64,000 bases of DNA from the human T2T-CHM13v2.0 reference genome, Homo sapiens (GCF_009914755.1 NC_060945.1); one strand, 5' to 3'. Numbered from the stretch's first letter, positions 17,030-31,267 are shown. A program made the numbers and translations. The notes: a model not told the origin generated them from the sequence alone.

Positions 17030-17749
17030 TGATGTAATTTGGATGTTTGCCCTCTCCAAATCTCGTGTTGAAATGTAATCCCCATTGTTGGAGGTGGGGC
17101 CTGGGGAGGTGACTGGATCATGGGGGCAGGTCCTTTATGAATGGTTTAGCACAATCCCCTTCGTGATAAGTTCTCACCCTGAATTCATGTGAGATCTGGT
17201 TGTTTAAAAGTGTGTGGAGGTTGGGCGCAGTGGCTCACGCCTGTAATCCCAGCACTTGGGGAGGCTGAGTTGGGCAGAGTACTAGAGATCAGGAGTTTGA
17301 GACCAGCCTGGCCAACATGGTGAAACCCTCTCTCTACTAAAAATAACAAAAAATAGCTGGGCTTGGTGGCATATGCCTGTAATTCCAGCTACTCAGGAGG
17401 CTGAGACAGGAATCGCTTGATCCCAGGAGGCAGAGGTTGCAGTGAGCCGTTATCACGCCACTGCACTCCAGCCTCAGTGACAGAGTGAGACTCCATCTAA
17501 AAAAGAAAAAAGAAAAGGTGTGGCATCTCTCCCCTCCCTCTGTTGCCCCTGCTCTCACCATGTGATGTGCCTGCTCCAACGTCAAATTCTGCCATGAATA
17601 AATGTTTCCTGAGGCTCTCACCAGAAGCAGATGTCAGAACCATGCATCCTATCAGACCTGTAGAACCATGAGCCAATTAAACCTCTTTCCTTTATAAATA
17701 GCTCAGCCTCAGGCATTTCTTTACAGCAACATACAAATGTTCTAGCAGA
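17030..17749 (+). mobile_element. MST (MSTB-like MaLR) LTR containing an Alu
   Basis: tgatgtaatttggatgtttg...; 5-bp TSD GTCTT at 17025-17029 and 17750-17754. Confidence 0.85.
17219..17516 (+). mobile_element. Alu (AluS-like)
   Basis: Dimeric Alu nested in MST. Confidence 0.92.
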
Positions 17750-17978
17750 GTCTTTACCTCCCTGCATATGCACATGGTTTACTATGGCACACATATTTCT
17801 ATTCAATGCTCTATTCCCAAACAAGAGTATTTTCTTTCTTTTAGAGAGACTCTGTTTCCTGTGTAGGTTGATGGTTCCAGCTGATCTCAGAAATACTGGA
17901 AAAGACAAGCAAAACTGTGGCAGATCAGGTCTCATTAACAGTTGAACAGGAAGGACTCCGTGACAAGAGCTTCCACAC

Positions 17979-18555
17979 TGACTGAACTGGTTAGGTTAAA
18001 TATTAAAGGCTGAACGAAGAGTTGCCCTTACACAAAGGCTGGAACATAACAATAGCAGACAAAAAGTCTGGCCTAGGCCTTTCCTGGGCCTTGAAGCGCA
18101 ACAAGATAACAAAGAATTTCTTACATTCTTCACACCAGGATGCATTTAGGATTAAAAACTTCTGTTGGATGTCTGAAGAAACTCCCCCAGACCTCCACAC
18201 CTTAGCTGGAGACAAGATAACAGTAATCACCTCCAGCACCAGGACCCCATCTAGATTAGGCAAACTTACTGAGGCTCCGGAGGAAGGTCTCCAGGACCCA
18301 GAACTTAGTTATAGATTAGGTGGAATCAGTCACTTTTGTCCTTAGGAAAATGCACACTTACACACAGACATACAGCTTAGAAGGTATATAAGCTCTGGAA
18401 AAACTTGGTAACTTTGAGTTTGTCTGGTGATGTTTTCCCCAGCCTTCTCCCTATACCTGGTTACAGAAATAAAATCTCTTCTTTCCAAGTTTGTCTGCAT
18501 CTCATTACTGGACCATGAGAACAAGCAGCCAGAATCTTGATTTGGTCCAGGAACA
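17979..18555 (+). mobile_element. ERV1-class solo LTR (family not assigned)
   Basis: TG...CA ends (tgactgaac...ccaggaaca), TATA-like gtatataag near 18385 and AATAAA near 18468. Confidence 0.7.
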
Positions 18556-18876
18556 CAACCAGCTAAAGAAAATCTGAATTGGGATTAGAAATATGGAGGT
18601 ATGTAAACAGATCAGTTTGAATATTGGGCTCCAAATCCTTTCATAGATATTAAACATATACCTGAAATTACAAATGAGGTAACCATTCAAAAGCTTATTC
18701 ATGATTGAAGAGGGGCTGGGATACCCGTTTCTTCTTTGGGGACATGCTTTTCATTAGCCCTAATCTCATAATCCACATAGGAGTTCCTTTCTTCTAAAGA
18801 TTTTTCTTTTTTTACCACTTTATTCACTGCTGCTTGAAGGGCAACACCAGATGCAGGTTGAGCCAATAGTGCCAGC

Positions 18877-18934
18877 CAGTAAGAACTGGAGTGCACAGTA
18901 AGAACTGGGGTGCACTGTAAGAACTGGGGTGCAC
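18877..18934. repeat. 19-bp tandem repeat x 3
   Basis: cagtaagaactgg(a/g)gtgca at 18877, 18896 and 18915. Confidence 0.9.
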
Positions 18935-19361
18935 TCCCACCACCATTACCAGTGCTTTCACACCCTCCCATGGGATGCAGTACCCACGGCAGAGGAGCAC
19001 TCTGAACATAGTTGTGGGTTACGAGGCTGCATCTGCAGTCCACACTCTTACCAAACCACGAGATCAATGCTAACTCCCTAAAGCAGGCTGGGAACACAGA
19101 TCTTCCTCCTTCACACAGCTCTGGGAAGCTCTAACTTCTTTTTGCACTTAAGATAAATTTTCATGCAGCAATCCCACTACCAGGAACTTATCAAAAGGAA
19201 ATATTTGGAATGCACACAGATGCATGCAGTTATTGATCTGTAATTATCTGGATGTCTATCAGTAAGAAATTAGTTATTTAAATTTATTCACATGCATTCA
19301 AATGACAACTCCACAACCTTTAGGAGAATAAAAATGGATTTCAAGGATCTTCTCTCTCAGA

Positions 19362-19595
19362 GAGGCAGTGTAGAGTGATGGCTAAGAGTTCCAGCTGGCA
19401 GCAAGCTCACCTGGACTCACATCTGAGCTCTATACTTACTGTCTCTGTGGCCTTGGGTAAATTATCAAGGGCTCTGAGCCCCACATCCCCCATCTGTAAA
19501 ATGGATTTTTAGGAAGATTAAATGGGTTTTAATGTAAAGTGCCCAGGACACACTGTACTTGGGACATAGCAAGAATTCAATGCAAATTAGTCAGT
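19362..19595 (+). mobile_element. MIR SINE
   Basis: MIR core: tgtggccttgggtaaatt...ctctgagcccc...catctgtaaaatgg...aggaagattaaatg. Confidence 0.8.
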
Positions 19596-19671
19596 ATTGA
19601 TGACATGTCCTTAAATGAGTAAAACATGTTATGAAACAACATGTAGACGATGCTTATATTTTTATTTCCTA

Positions 19672-20527
19672 TGTGAACCCAAAATATCTGAGACAGGTCT
19701 TAGTTCAGAAACTTAATTTTGCCAAGGTTAAGAACATACCCATGACACAGACTCAGGAGGTTCTTATGACATGTGCCCAAGGTGGTTGTGATACAGCCTG
19801 CTTTTATACATTATTATTTTTTTCTCAGACAGAGTCTCTCTCCATCACCCAGGCTGGAGGGCAGTGGCTCAATCTCGGCTCACTGCAACCTCCTCCACCT
19901 CCCATGTTCAAGCAATTCTCCTACCTCAGTCTCCAGAGTAACTGGGATTACTAGGGCCCGCCACCACAGCCGGCTAATTTTTGTATTTTTAGTAGAGACG
20001 GGATTTCACCATGTTGACCAGACTGTCCTCGAACTCCTGACCTTGTGATCCACCTGCCTCGGCCTCCCAAAGTGCTGGGTTTACAGACATGAGCCACCAC
20101 GTGCAACCACTTTTATACATTTCAGGGAGAAATGAGACATCAATTAATATATGTAAGATTTTCATTGGTTTGATCTGGTAGGGTGGGGAGCTTCCAGGTC
20201 ATAGATAAATTTAAACATTGATTGAAAGAGTTATTAGTAGAAAGGAATGCCTGTGTTACAATAAGCAGTTATGAAGACCAAGGTTTTATCATGCAGATGA
20301 AGCCACCAGGTCACAGGCCTCAGAGAAAATAGATTGTAAATGTTTCTTGTTACACTTGAGGTTTGTATTGATGTTAATGCTGGAGGGGTACAATGAGGCA
20401 TTTACAAGCCCGTTTTCATCATGGCCTGAACTAGAGTTTCAGGTTAACTCCGGAATGGCCTCTGCCAAGAGGATGGGTCCATTCAGATGGCTGTTGGGGG
20501 GCCTTAGAATTCCACTTTTGGTTAACA
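19672..20527 (-). mobile_element. MER4A-like LTR (3' LTR of an antisense provirus), with nested Alu
   Basis: tgtgaacccaaaatatctgagacaggtc...tggttaaca; minus-strand PPT (aaggggga) adjacent at about 20531-20538. Confidence 0.8.
19813..20109 (-). mobile_element. Alu (AluS-like)
   Basis: TSD cttttatacatt on both sides. Confidence 0.92.
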
Positions 20528-21440
20528 CTGTCCCCCTTCTGGCCAAGTCAGTGGCCACCCAATTTTTATTTTGTCCTGTAGTGTTGCCAGGGTGGCGTAG
20601 CTACCTACTTCACGTCCACCCTATTTTTGTAGCCTGTCAGTTTCAGGTGATTACCTAAGAACCTTAAGATACATGGTTATTTTACCAATAATTTAAGATT
20701 TAGCTGTTTTCATTAAACCGCAACATTAACATCTTATTGGTTTAAAAACCACAAAAGCAGAGATGATTCTGTTTGGTGGCTGGCTTTATAGTTTTATAAC
20801 TTTTCATTTTTTGAGATGGAGTCTCACTGAGACACCCAGGCTGGAGTGCAGTGGCACCACTCTGCTCACTGCAACCTCTGCCCCCTGGGTTCAAGAGATT
20901 CTCCTGCCTCGGCCTCCTAAGTAGCTGGGAATACAGGTGACTGCCACCACAGCTAGATTTTGTATTTTTAGTAGAGACGGGTTTCACCATATTGGCCAGA
21001 CTGGTCTCGAACTGACTTCATGATCCAACCGCCTAGGCCTCCCAAAGTGTTGGAATTACAGGGGTGAGCCACTGCGCCTGGTCAATTTTATAAATTTTAT
21101 GCCAAATTCTGACACCTTATAGTATGTGGCAGAGATAAGTATGAAATAGCTTGATCAATAAGTCATGTGAACATGAAAAACTTTTGGGCGAATTATTGAA
21201 TTTATGAGGACTCTTTAAGTTTAAGCCAAATTTGTTGCCTGTGATCAAAAACACGTAAGAAAATATGCGTACATACACATAAACACACACATACACACTC
21301 GTACAAACAAAGATCCTGTAGCTTTTGCTTCAGAAATCTAGCCATGAGATATTGATACAGACTTTTAGGTTTGCAAAACAATAACAAAAATAATTGGATG
21401 CAAACAGTGGACTTTAACTTAGTGAACAAATATTTAGTGC
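20528..21440 (-). mobile_element. MER4-int fragment
   Basis: ttaccaataatttaag...agctgttttcattaaac and caaacaaagatcctgtagcttttgcttcagaa...ctagccatgagata are MER4-internal motifs. Confidence 0.6.
20806..21083 (-). mobile_element. Alu (AluS-like)
   Basis: Antisense dimeric Alu. Confidence 0.9.
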
Positions 21441-21460
21441 AAAGCCCCTCATCTTAGTAA

Positions 21461-22010
<550 letters not shown>

Positions 22011-22474
22011 CAACACCCCTTGGAATTTTTAACATGCTTGGTGAGAGGCAATGGTACTGGGAACCCGTGGACCTGCACACAGGGGGTGCCTCCTGTGGTA
22101 GTACCCGGGGCCCTGCTGCCACCAGCAGACCCCTGGCCTGTCCTGCTGACTGCCAGCTTATGCTCCTCCACCACCACCGCCTCTGGTCTTCCCAGTCATT
22201 TCCAGTGCTCAGGGTTGCTCCTCCTCTGTCTCCTCAAGCCCTCAGCTCAGTGCTGCCCCTCCAACCTCACTGAGACCCTTGGTGGTTCCTTTCCATCCTC
22301 AGCTCCCTCGCAGACCCTGAGTAGTATCCAGCCACACTCAGTTCTCTCTCCTGGATGCTCTGTCCTCCCTTGGCCACTCAATACTACAGTATTTAAGTCC
22401 TATTCGTCATAGTCTTTGTTGGGGTATGATGATGAGTAAGAGCCATAGTTCACAGTGAAGTGGCCTGATTCAAA

Positions 22475-22511
22475 TTAGGGTTAGGGTCTGGTTCTGGGTT
22501 AGGGCTTGGGG
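22475..22511 (+). repeat. Short degenerate interstitial telomere-like tract
   Basis: ttagggttagggtctggttctgggttagggcttgggg: three exact TTAGGG plus variants. Confidence 0.7.
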
Positions 22512-22875
22512 TGTTAAAATAAAAGCCTTAGACAAGTTCAATTTCACAGAGTTTAGTCGGGCAGAAAAAGGTTCATAAACTGGGTAGCACTCAGGACAAA
22601 TGTGATTCAGAATCCTCCACCACACAAGGGGGTGCAAGCTATATTTACAGCCAGAAAAAAATGACATACAGAGAGCCTTTGTTGGCTGCAGTCAGCATTT
22701 GCCTTATTTGGTCATGTTTTCGCAGCTTTCAGCCTGAGACTGGCTGCAGGAACCTTCAGCCAAGACTTGGCTCCTTGGCACAAGAATGTATACTCTTGGT
22801 TTATAGTTTGTGTTCACATTCAGTCATGTTACAGTTCACCATGTACAGAGGCAGCTTTATGCCCAACTTGATTTA
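22512..22875 (-). mobile_element. ERV1 LTR (MER31/MER67-like)
   Basis: tgttaaaataaaagccttagacaagttcaatttcacagagttt...gttcaccatgtacagaggcagcttta resembles antisense MER31/67 LTRs. Confidence 0.55.
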
Positions 22876-23368
22876 AAAATTAGCTACTTTGGAGAGGGAG
22901 CTTTGTGAGACCGACCAAAGGCATGAGCAGTGACACCACCTTCTGTCATCATCATGGTGAATTTTTTTGATCTCAGTACGGTATTCATAGTCCACGATGT
23001 CAAAATAATTACATGATTCTCATGTTTTCTTCAAGGTTTTGTTACTCCAATCATAATGAGACTAGTTGATGTACAAAGAATGTGCTGCATACTAGTACGT
23101 AAGACTTTTAAGTGAGTACAATACATTAGTGATGACATCATGCTGGTTATCAGAAGGATAATACCAAGAAACTTAAATGCGCCCCTTAACAGGAATTTCA
23201 GCAAAGAAAACATTAAAATCAAACAATTCAAAATTCAGGCAAAAGAGAGAGTACTACAGTATTCAAGTCCTATTGTTCATAGTCTTTGTTGGGGTATGAT
23301 GATGATTACGAGCCATAGTTCACAGTGAAGTGGCCTGATTCAAAGAGGTATTCATGCTTTCAGTTGGT

Positions 23369-23893
23369 CTGTGTTTTACTCCATTTGTATTGTTATAAAT
23401 AAATACTTGAGGCTGGGTAATTTATAAAGAAAGAGGTTTATTTGGCTCACAGTTCTGCAGGTTATACAAGCAACATGGTGCTGGCATCTGCTTCTAAGGA
23501 AGCCTCAGGAAACTTACAATCATGGCAGAAGACTAAGAGTGAGCTGGCCATCACATGGTGAGTGTGAGCAAGAGACAGACTAGGGAGATGCCAGCCTCTT
23601 TAAATAAACAGATCTTGGCCTGGTGCAGTGGCACACACCTGTAATCCCAGTGCTTTGGGAGGCCGAGGTGGATGGATCATGAGGTCAGGAGATCGAGAGC
23701 ATCCTGGCTAACACGGTGAAACCCTGTCTATATTAAAAAACAAAAAAATTAGCCAGCGTGGTGGCAGGTGCTTGTAGTCCCAGCTACTCAGGAGGCTGAG
23801 GCAGGAGAATGGCATAAACCTGGCAGGTGGAGCTTGTGGTGAGCCAAGATCGCACCACTCTACTCCCTCCTGGGTGACAGAATGAGACTGTCT

Positions 23894-23932
<39 letters not shown>

Positions 23933-24105
23933 AGATATTATGTGAACTCAGAGTAAGAACCTGCTCGTGACCATGAGGACAGCACCAAGCATCCATGAGG
24001 GATATGTCCCCATGAACAAAATACCTTCCAGTGGGCCCACCTCCAACATTGGAGGCCATATTTCAATGAGAGATTTGGATGGGAGAAAACATCCAAAACA
24101 TATCA
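23369..24105 (-). mobile_element. MST MaLR LTR containing an Alu
   Basis: gaggctgggtaatttataaagaaagaggtttatttggctcacagttctgcagg...catccaaaacatatca. Confidence 0.85.
23617..23930 (+). mobile_element. Alu (AluY/S-like) with long poly(A)
   Basis: gatcgagagcatcctggctaacacggtgaaaccc; about 37-nt A tail; aaaacagat TSD-like repeats. Confidence 0.93.
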
Positions 24106-25103
24106 GTGGGATAAGACAAGTCATAGTAACCTGGACTAAATGAAACAAAAATCAGAAAACCTTGGAATAGTCAAGTCCAAAACTGGACTAAATGAAACAT
24201 AAAAATTAGAAAACCTTGGAATGATGTCAACCATCTTTCAGGGAGTCTACAAATCAGCCACATGCTGCTCCCATAAGCACGTCATGTGTTTCTTTCCCCT
24301 GAGAAATTACCTTAATGTATTCAATGGCAGTGTTTAGAGAAACGTATTACTGGCCACCATTTAAACTAAGTTCTCCATAGTAGTAAAATCAGGGGAAAGA
24401 GAAGTGGAACATTCAGTTTTGTTCAGCACCACACACAAGCCCCCAGCATGGACAAAGTGATGATTGAAAGCCGTGTCATGTTCCACCAAGTGTTTTTGTT
24501 GGACACAAACGTTCTCATCCACCAGTTGAAGGGTGACCTCTATCTTTCTAAATCCCAGTGAAGTCTGACTATCCTCCAAATCCAAAATTTTTCAACTTAC
24601 AGATTAGCTTCAAATTCCACACAACTGGCACCCCACTACCACCAAGTCTGAGGCCCCAAGAACCCCACTGGAAACTTGTCTCAGTGGAAACTAACTCATC
24701 TTCATCTATTTCAAAGTTGGTACTGATTTCCGTTATTGACTGCTTTGACCTCTGATTGTGGGAAATATTATGGGAACTTTTAAGGAAAGCTATTTGGAAG
24801 GCAGGACTGAGCCAGGTTAAATAACAACGTCCAAACCAGCAAGGAGGCAGAAGGAAGCAAATTCTCTGCGGACCCAGGAGATACCCTGGGAGCTGGAAAA
24901 GGGGTCACCTCATGGCACGTGAACCGAGCTCAGTTGCATTGGCTTATCCCTAAGTCTGCCTAGCTCCTGATCAAGTTGCAGGGGGAAACTTACTCTTATG
25001 TGGTCCACTTACAGTTGTGCAACCTACAATGTGCTCTAGATGGAGCAGCTGTAAGATGTCAGAGCTAGCAACAGCCTAGTCCCTGAGGCACTCTGGAATA
25101 CCA

Positions 25104-25258
25104 CTCACCCAGCTGCATCTGTTGAGTACCAAATGCCCCTCACCGACCTGCATCTGTGGAGTACAACATGCCCCTCACCGACTTGCATCTGTGGAGTACC
25201 ACATGTCCCTCACCCACCTGCATCTGCAGAGTACCACATGTCCCTCACCGACCTGCAT
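25104..25258. repeat. 35-bp minisatellite x about 4.4
   Basis: ctcaccgacctgcatctgtggagtaccacatg(c/t)cc units starting at 25104 and 25139. Confidence 0.9.
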
Positions 25259-25814
25259 AGGAAGGTGCATGAGAAATAAGTTCTCTTCTGAAAATTAGCG
25301 AAAATTTCAAAAACTATACAAAACAAAAATACGCATTCACAGTCTCTGGAAATGGTCCCAAGAGCATAGAGCAAATAAAGTTTTACTCACATGCAGGAAC
25401 TCAAGGAACTTCAAATTAAACAAACACAAAGAGATCCACAGACACATCATAGTAATGATGTCAAAAGCTAAAGAAACATAGGAAACGCTGAAAGCAGAAA
25501 GTGAGATAAAGAAAGAGGAGCCATTGAGCTTAAAAGGGATCCTCTAAAACTGTTATAAGCAGGAGGAATCCCAAGGAGACTAACAGCTGATTTTTCACCA
25601 GAAACAATAGAGGCCAGGAAGAAGGGGAATAACATATAAAATGTCTGAAGAAAAAATCCTGTATTCACCATGGCTATGGTTAAAAACTGAGGGTGAAACA
25701 AAGACATACCTAGATTAACAAAACTGAGATAATTCATTGCTACCAGACCTATCTTACAAGAAATATTAAAAGAAGTTGTTCAGGCTGAAAATGATTACCC
25801 CAGACAATAATCCA

Positions 25815-25819
<5 letters not shown>

Positions 25820-25847
<28 letters not shown>
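25820..25847. repeat. (CA)n microsatellite
   Basis: About 14 CA units. Confidence 0.95.
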
Positions 25848-25850
<3 letters not shown>

Positions 25851-26552
25851 TCAGTAAAGGTAAATATGAAACTCTAAAACTAATATATTTTATATTATGA
25901 AAATAATAAACGGCAGTATAAATGCACATTTTTCTATTTTTTCTCTTGATTTGGAAAGCAATTTATAAAACAATGTCTATTCAATGTATCGTTTGTCCTG
26001 TGACATACAAAATTTAATATGTTTGCCAATAACAGTCTAACCGAGGTGAGTGGGAACAAAGCTGTATTGGATTAAGACAGCAACTCCATATATCAGACTA
26101 CAGACAACTCAAATCTATAAAAACAAATGAAGAGAATAATAAATGATAAATAAGAAGTAACTTAAAATTTTAAATATTTCTGTGCTTTACTTTTTCCTCT
26201 TAGCTTCTTAAAAGACATGGTTATATGATGTAATAATTATAACGATGTATTGTTGAGTTTTTAGTACTTATAGATGTAATACAAATAAGAATAATACCTT
26301 AAAAAGTTACAATAAGAAGGGTGTAGAACTACGTAGGGTACAAAGCTATGTGCAGAAGGGTGTGGAACAAGGTAGCGGTAATGTTTTTGTGTCTAACTGA
26401 AACTATTCTGAATTAGCATGAATCTGAAGCTGATTCTGATAGGTTAAGATTTACAGTGTAATCCCAAGAACGCTGACTAGGATAATAAGCCAAAAACAGA
26501 GTATTAAAATCATTAAAGAAATGTAATTGTCATTTTAGAAAATATTCACTGT

Positions 26553-26909
<357 letters not shown>

Positions 26910-27204
26910 TTAAAAGTACATATAAGGAATACAAAACAAAAATTAAATGTCTGATATGAATATAATTATATCAATAATAATATTAAATATGACTTGATTA
27001 AACAACGTAATCAAAAGTTAATTCTTGTCAGACAATAAAAAATAAGATCTTCTATGCCATCTACATTTTAGATTCAAAGATATGAATAGAGTAAAAGGAT
27101 GGAAATACATATATCATGCAAACAGTAACCCTGAGAAAGCTATTCTAAAGTAGCTATACTAATATCAGACACAATGAATTTTAAAACAAAACAAAAAAAA
27201 AATC

Positions 27205-27502
27205 GGCCAGGTGAGGTGGCTTATGCCTGCAATCCCAGGACTTTAGGAGGCCAAGGTGGGCAGATCACCTGAGGTTAGGAATTCAGGACCAGCCTGGCCA
27301 ACATGGTGGAACCCCGTCTCTACTAAAAATACAAAATCTAGCGGGTTGTGATGATATGTACCTGTAGTCTCAGCTACTCAGGAGGCTGAGGCAGGAGAAT
27401 CGCTTGAAACAAAAAGGCGTAGGTTGCAGTGAGCTGAGATCACGTCATTGCATTCCAGCCTGGGTGACAAGAGAGAAACTCTGTCTAAAAAAAAAAAAAA
27501 AA
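27205..27502 (+). mobile_element. Alu (AluS-like)
   Basis: Dimeric Alu with poly(A). Confidence 0.92.
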
Positions 27503-28309
27503 TTTTAGAGATAATGTGGGACATTTTACAATAACAAAATGGCCAATCCATCAGTAAGAAAGTACAAGTATAAACATATATGCACCCAATTAAACATCAC
27601 CAAAGTACATGAAACAAAAACTGACAGAAATGACAGCCAAAATAGATGATGACTGGAGACTTCAATATGGCACTTTGACTAATGGATAGAAAGACTACCC
27701 AGTAGAGCAAAAAGGAAAAAGAAGATTCAAACAACTTCATAGTTCAACTAGACCTGAAAAACACGTGCAAAACATTCCACACAAGAGAAGCTACATTCTT
27801 CTCAAGGGCTCATCAACATTGTCCATCATAGACTCTACACTAGGCCATTAAAGGAACTGAACAGCATGTACTCCAATCACAATAGAGTGAACCTAGAAAT
27901 TAATAACAAGAAAGTAGGGAAACTGAAATATGTTGAAATTAAACCACACACATCCAAATTACTAATCAAAGAAGAAATCCAAACAGAAATTTGAAAATAT
28001 ACTTAGAGGAATGAAAATGAAGTCACAACATACAAAACTTAATGAAAGACAATTAAAGACATGCTTGCAGGGAAATTTATTGCTGTAAATATAGATAATA
28101 AAAAAGAGAACTATTTCAAATCAATAACATAACTTTTGACATAAGGACACTGGAAAAAGAAGAGCAAATGGAAGCTGAAGTAAGCGGAAGGAAGGAAATA
28201 ATAAAGATCATAGCAGAAACCAATGAAACAGAGAATAGAAAAGCAACAGAGAAAAACAATGAAACTAAAAGCACATTCAAACAAGCTTAACACAATTGAC
28301 AAACCTTAT

Positions 28310-28739
28310 TGTCATGAAAATGTATTTTGGGTATACTACCAAGAAGTAGTGAGTTGTGCGACACAGGAACTGGAGGACCAAGATAACTGCTGTTGCTAGG
28401 ATCATCCCCCTGCTTCCCCTCACCTAAAAATGTTGACCAGATTGTAGGAAACCCAAACAATTCCTTTAAGTAGAAAGTAAATAAATTAAGAGAGCAATTT
28501 AAATGGCTTTTTTTCTTTTTTCCCTTTTTATTTTCATGATGTAAAAGGTTAGACAGGAATGCACTGCAAATGTGGAGATCTGCGTCATCTTTCTGCTGCC
28601 CAAGGCTATCCCAGTAAGTTCCTCCTGAGTAAATCTTTGACTATCTACCAGCCTGGAATGGTCTATCTCTTTCTTTGGTCTGAGAGCTTCCTCTCCATTA
28701 TGTAGGACAGCTCAGTTCCGGCAGGGAGTTTTCCTAACA
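28310..28739 (+). mobile_element. Solo LTR (about 430 bp, family unassigned) inserted in L1M
   Basis: TG...CA ends (tgtcatg...cctaaca); L1 sequence attgacaaacct | ctagactgactaag resumes on the far side; strand uncertain. Confidence 0.55.
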
Positions 28740-29378
28740 TTTTTCTAGACTGACTAAGAAAAATAGAAGACTCAAGTAACTAAAATCAGAAATGAAAGAG
28801 GATATATTACTACCAGCATTGCAAAAAGAAAAGAACATTTAAGGAAAAATAATATGAACAATCGTATGCCAAAATATTAGATAATTTAGATACAATGGAA
28901 AAATTCCTAGACACAAACCAGTGACACTGATGCAATAAAAAATGCTCTCACTAGACATGATAAGCAAAGAGATTGAATTACTAATAAAAAAACACTCCAC
29001 ACCAAGAAAAGCCCTAGCCCTGGAAGTTCGGCTTACTTTAGCTTCCATTTGCTCTTCTTTTTCCAGTGTCCTTATGTCAAAAGTTATGTTATTGATTTGA
29101 AATAGTTCTCTTTTTTATTATCTATATTTACAGCAATAAATGTCCCTGGTGAAATCACTGGTGAATTTTGTCCAATATTTGAAGAAGATTTAGGATCAAT
29201 TCTTTCCAAACTCTCCAAAAGATAAAAGTGGTAGAGATATGTCTCAACTCATTCTATGAGGCCAGTATTACCATGATAGCAAAGCCATACAAAGACATCA
29301 CGAGGAAAGAAAAATTCAGACCAATATATCTTATGAATACAGATCAAAACTCTTCAATAAAATACAAGCAAACAGAGA

Positions 29379-29700
29379 GGCTGGGAGTGGCGGCCCACGC
29401 CTGTTATCCCAGCACCTTGGGAGGCCGAGGTGGGGGGATCACGAGGTCAGGAGATCAAGACCATCCTGGCTAACATGGTGAAACCCCGTCTCTACTAAAA
29501 ATACAAAAAATTAGCCGGGCGTGGTGGTGGGCACCTGTAGTCCCAGCTACTTGGGAGGTTGAGGCAGGAGGGAGAATGGTGTGAACCCAGGAGGCAGAGC
29601 TTGCAGTGAGCTGAGATTGTGCCACTGCATCCCAGCCTGGGTGACAGAGTGAGACTCCATCTCAAAAAATAATAATAAAAATAAAAAATAAATGCATAAT
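29379..29700 (+). mobile_element. Alu (AluY/S-like)
   Basis: TSD atacaagcaaacaga on both sides. Confidence 0.93.
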
Positions 29701-30125
29701 ATACAAGCAAACAGAATACAGCAACATGTAAAAATAATTCTACCTCATGACCAAGTTGGATTCATCCCAAGTATACAAGTTTGGATAGCAGCCAAAAATT
29801 ATTTAATGTAATACACCATACCAATACAATAAGCAAGACCACAGTCATCTCAATAGTTGCAGATACAAAATCCAACATCCTTTCATGATGAAATATTCAA
29901 CAGAGAAGGAAAGAAGGGAACATTTTTAAACTAATAAAGAGCATATTTAAAACCACAGCCAATAGCATACTTAATATTGGAAGCCTGTATACTTATATCC
30001 TGAGATCAGGAACAAGATAGATAAATCCACTCTCACTACATCCTTTCATCATTATGCTGGAGGTGCTAGCCAGGACAATTTGGCAACAGAAATAAATGCA
30101 AGCCATCTAGATTAGAAAAGAAGTA

Positions 30126-30543
<418 letters not shown>

Positions 30544-31267
30544 TCACTGTCTCCTTTGCCTCTAGGGGCTACAGCCCCAGGCCTCAGGAGACCTGTGACC
30601 CCAGGCGCCACCAGGAGGACTTCAGCCTAGAGAGCAGATCGGCTTTCGCGTGACCCGGTGCCCCTACCCAGCAGCGCAACAGAACCTAAAGAAAGGCTAC
30701 AGGATGATTCCAGAAACAGTGCGCTTCAAGAACTGTAGCAAAGTTTTAAGGCCCAAGGCAGGACCCGTCCCATAAGGATGGAAAAGGAGCCTGACCACCT
30801 CCCGAGGTGTGCCCAATAGTACAACCCAGAGAGGCTAAAGGCGGTGAGAAAGGCTCACCAATTCAGAAGAAACTCACACCTCAACTGACACAAGATGTGA
30901 GACTGGCTTGCTAAGTCGGTTAAGAAAAAGAAACTAGAGACGCCGAGAGTGGCTTGCCACCCCACTTAGGTACACAGGAACTAGGAGTAGAGACGTGTGT
31001 GAATGCAAAGGCCTAATTAAGCTCATCAGCCGCGAAGTAAGGAGTCACAGATCTCTTAGAGTGGACTGTGTGCTCCAAGCAAAGTGTAAGGCCGACTACG
31101 AACAGTAGCGATCTGCATACAGCTAATAAGAACTACCCTATAGCTCAGAGTTGTAGCAGGAATAAGGAACTCTCCAAAGCCAAGCAGCCTCTGAAAACTC
31201 CCATAATAGGAGACGGTGTGGAAGGTCAAAATGAGAGGAAAGAGTGTGCTGTGCCGTAAAAGAAAGA

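Larger units (their letters stand above)
16710..17871 (+). mobile_element. MER65-like ERV1 3' LTR, split by MST and Alu
   Basis: gtgaaatttgtctcaatcaaaatagagtcac...ctttgtctt, resuming tctttacctccctgc...taggttga. Confidence 0.65.
22876..25020 (-). mobile_element. ERV1 internal remnant with env TM fragment (split by MST and Alu)
   Basis: Minus ORF 24361-24585 LVEHDTAFNHHFVHAGGLCVVLNKTECS resembles the gamma-type env ISD plus CX6-7CC motif. Confidence 0.55.

Noticed and set aside
25104-25258. 35-bp repeats (and the 48-bp and 52-bp repeats elsewhere) as a CRISPR-like array
   Set aside because: Head-to-tail tandem units with no unique spacers, no cas genes, and primate DNA context.
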